Positions 63,535 to 64,000 of a DNA stretch of 64,000 nucleotides are shown here, piece by piece. The stretch spans positions 264,636 to 328,635 of the forward strand of contig CAVVUN010000008.1 in NCBI GenBank assembly GCA_963751455.1, in the 5' to 3' direction. The position numbers and the translations under genes were made by a program. The stretch comes from Nitrospirota bacterium. GTDB taxonomy: Bacteria; Nitrospirota; UBA9217. The notes beneath the pieces were generated by a model. It had not been told where the DNA came from, searched no databases, and saw only the letters and a program-made list of their open reading frames with translations. Position 1 is the first letter of the stretch, and each line of letters begins with the position of its first letter.

Positions 63535-63546
63535 ATGATGAAGCCG

Positions 63547-63894
63547 TTAAGATCGAGAGATAAAAATTATGGAAACAATAGCCATGACAATCCCGAAAAG
63601 CCGGGACGCGTTGATTTGTTCTCCGGATAAAAAACCGTAGGCAGTAATGATACAGATGATGCTTGACATCATGATAGGTGATATCTTGCTGATATCGAAA
63701 TATCGCAAGGCAAGATAGTATGCTATAAATGACGCCGAATAACAGCAGAGACTGAGAAAAAGGTATGTCAGCCATTTAGGCTTCAGGACCTCAAATGAGC
63801 TGCCTATTTTTAATAAAATCTGCGCCGCGGCGGTAATGCAAATACCTGCTGCGACGTAGAATACGGGATTGATGGATTTTGGGATGCTTATCAT
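63547..63894 (-). CDS. Small DMT/SMR (ArnE/F-like) membrane transporter
   Basis: AQILLK, YYLAL..FDISKISP, GEQI, four TM segments. Confidence 0.8.
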   Translation of the reverse strand: MISIPKSINPVFYVAAGICITAAAQILLKIGSSFEVLKPKWLTYLFLSLCCYSASFIAYYLALRYFDISKISPIMMSSIICIITAYGFLSGEQINASRLFGIVMAIVSIIFISRS

Positions 63895-64000
63895 ATCATT
63901 TCCAACCCGGACAAGTCGGAACCGCAGAAATTCTTTTAACCACGGATGAACACGGATGGCCACACCCCGCACTCACGCTTCACGCTCGTAAACGCTGGGG

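Noticed and set aside
355-63960. Repeats as a CRISPR array
   Set aside because: They are dispersed inverted repeats, not regularly spaced direct repeats with unique spacers, and no cas genes are present.

Overview
A bacterial window whose gene content suggests an anaerobic Nitrospirota or deltaproteobacterium-like organism (inference). 1-12 kb holds a partial Fe-S-type gene, a complete DDE insertion sequence with an adjacent MITE, cheD, sensor kinases, an NCS2 permease, an ASKHA/RACo-type ATPase, a sigma-54 two-component pair and a CRP-family regulator. 12.6-64 kb is one large, mostly minus-strand exosortase-type exopolysaccharide/surface locus. It includes prsR/prsK, exosortase, sugar-nucleotide enzymes, GTs, Wzx, a Wzy-like protein, sulfotransferase + cysC, pyruvyl transferase + FrhB-like protein, two adenylation enzymes + ACP + three amidotransferase-type genes, a giant PIG-L deacetylase/adhesin and YfhO. 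Main observations: (1) two lipoproteins carry FN3 domains that appear to lack strand A, while two paralogous secreted beta-helix proteins end in a lone FN3-strand-A-like peptide, suggesting donor-strand surface anchoring; (2) three of those four genes have CRP boxes at class II spacing, next to a CRP gene that lacks the cAMP-binding Arg; (3) a dense, modular, nested set of small repeat elements, including an empty/filled pair for a 25-bp hairpin and an in-frame REPIN inside an enzyme. Many frameshifts are single-base insertions and are probably sequencing artefacts. All calls are by eye, without database searches.
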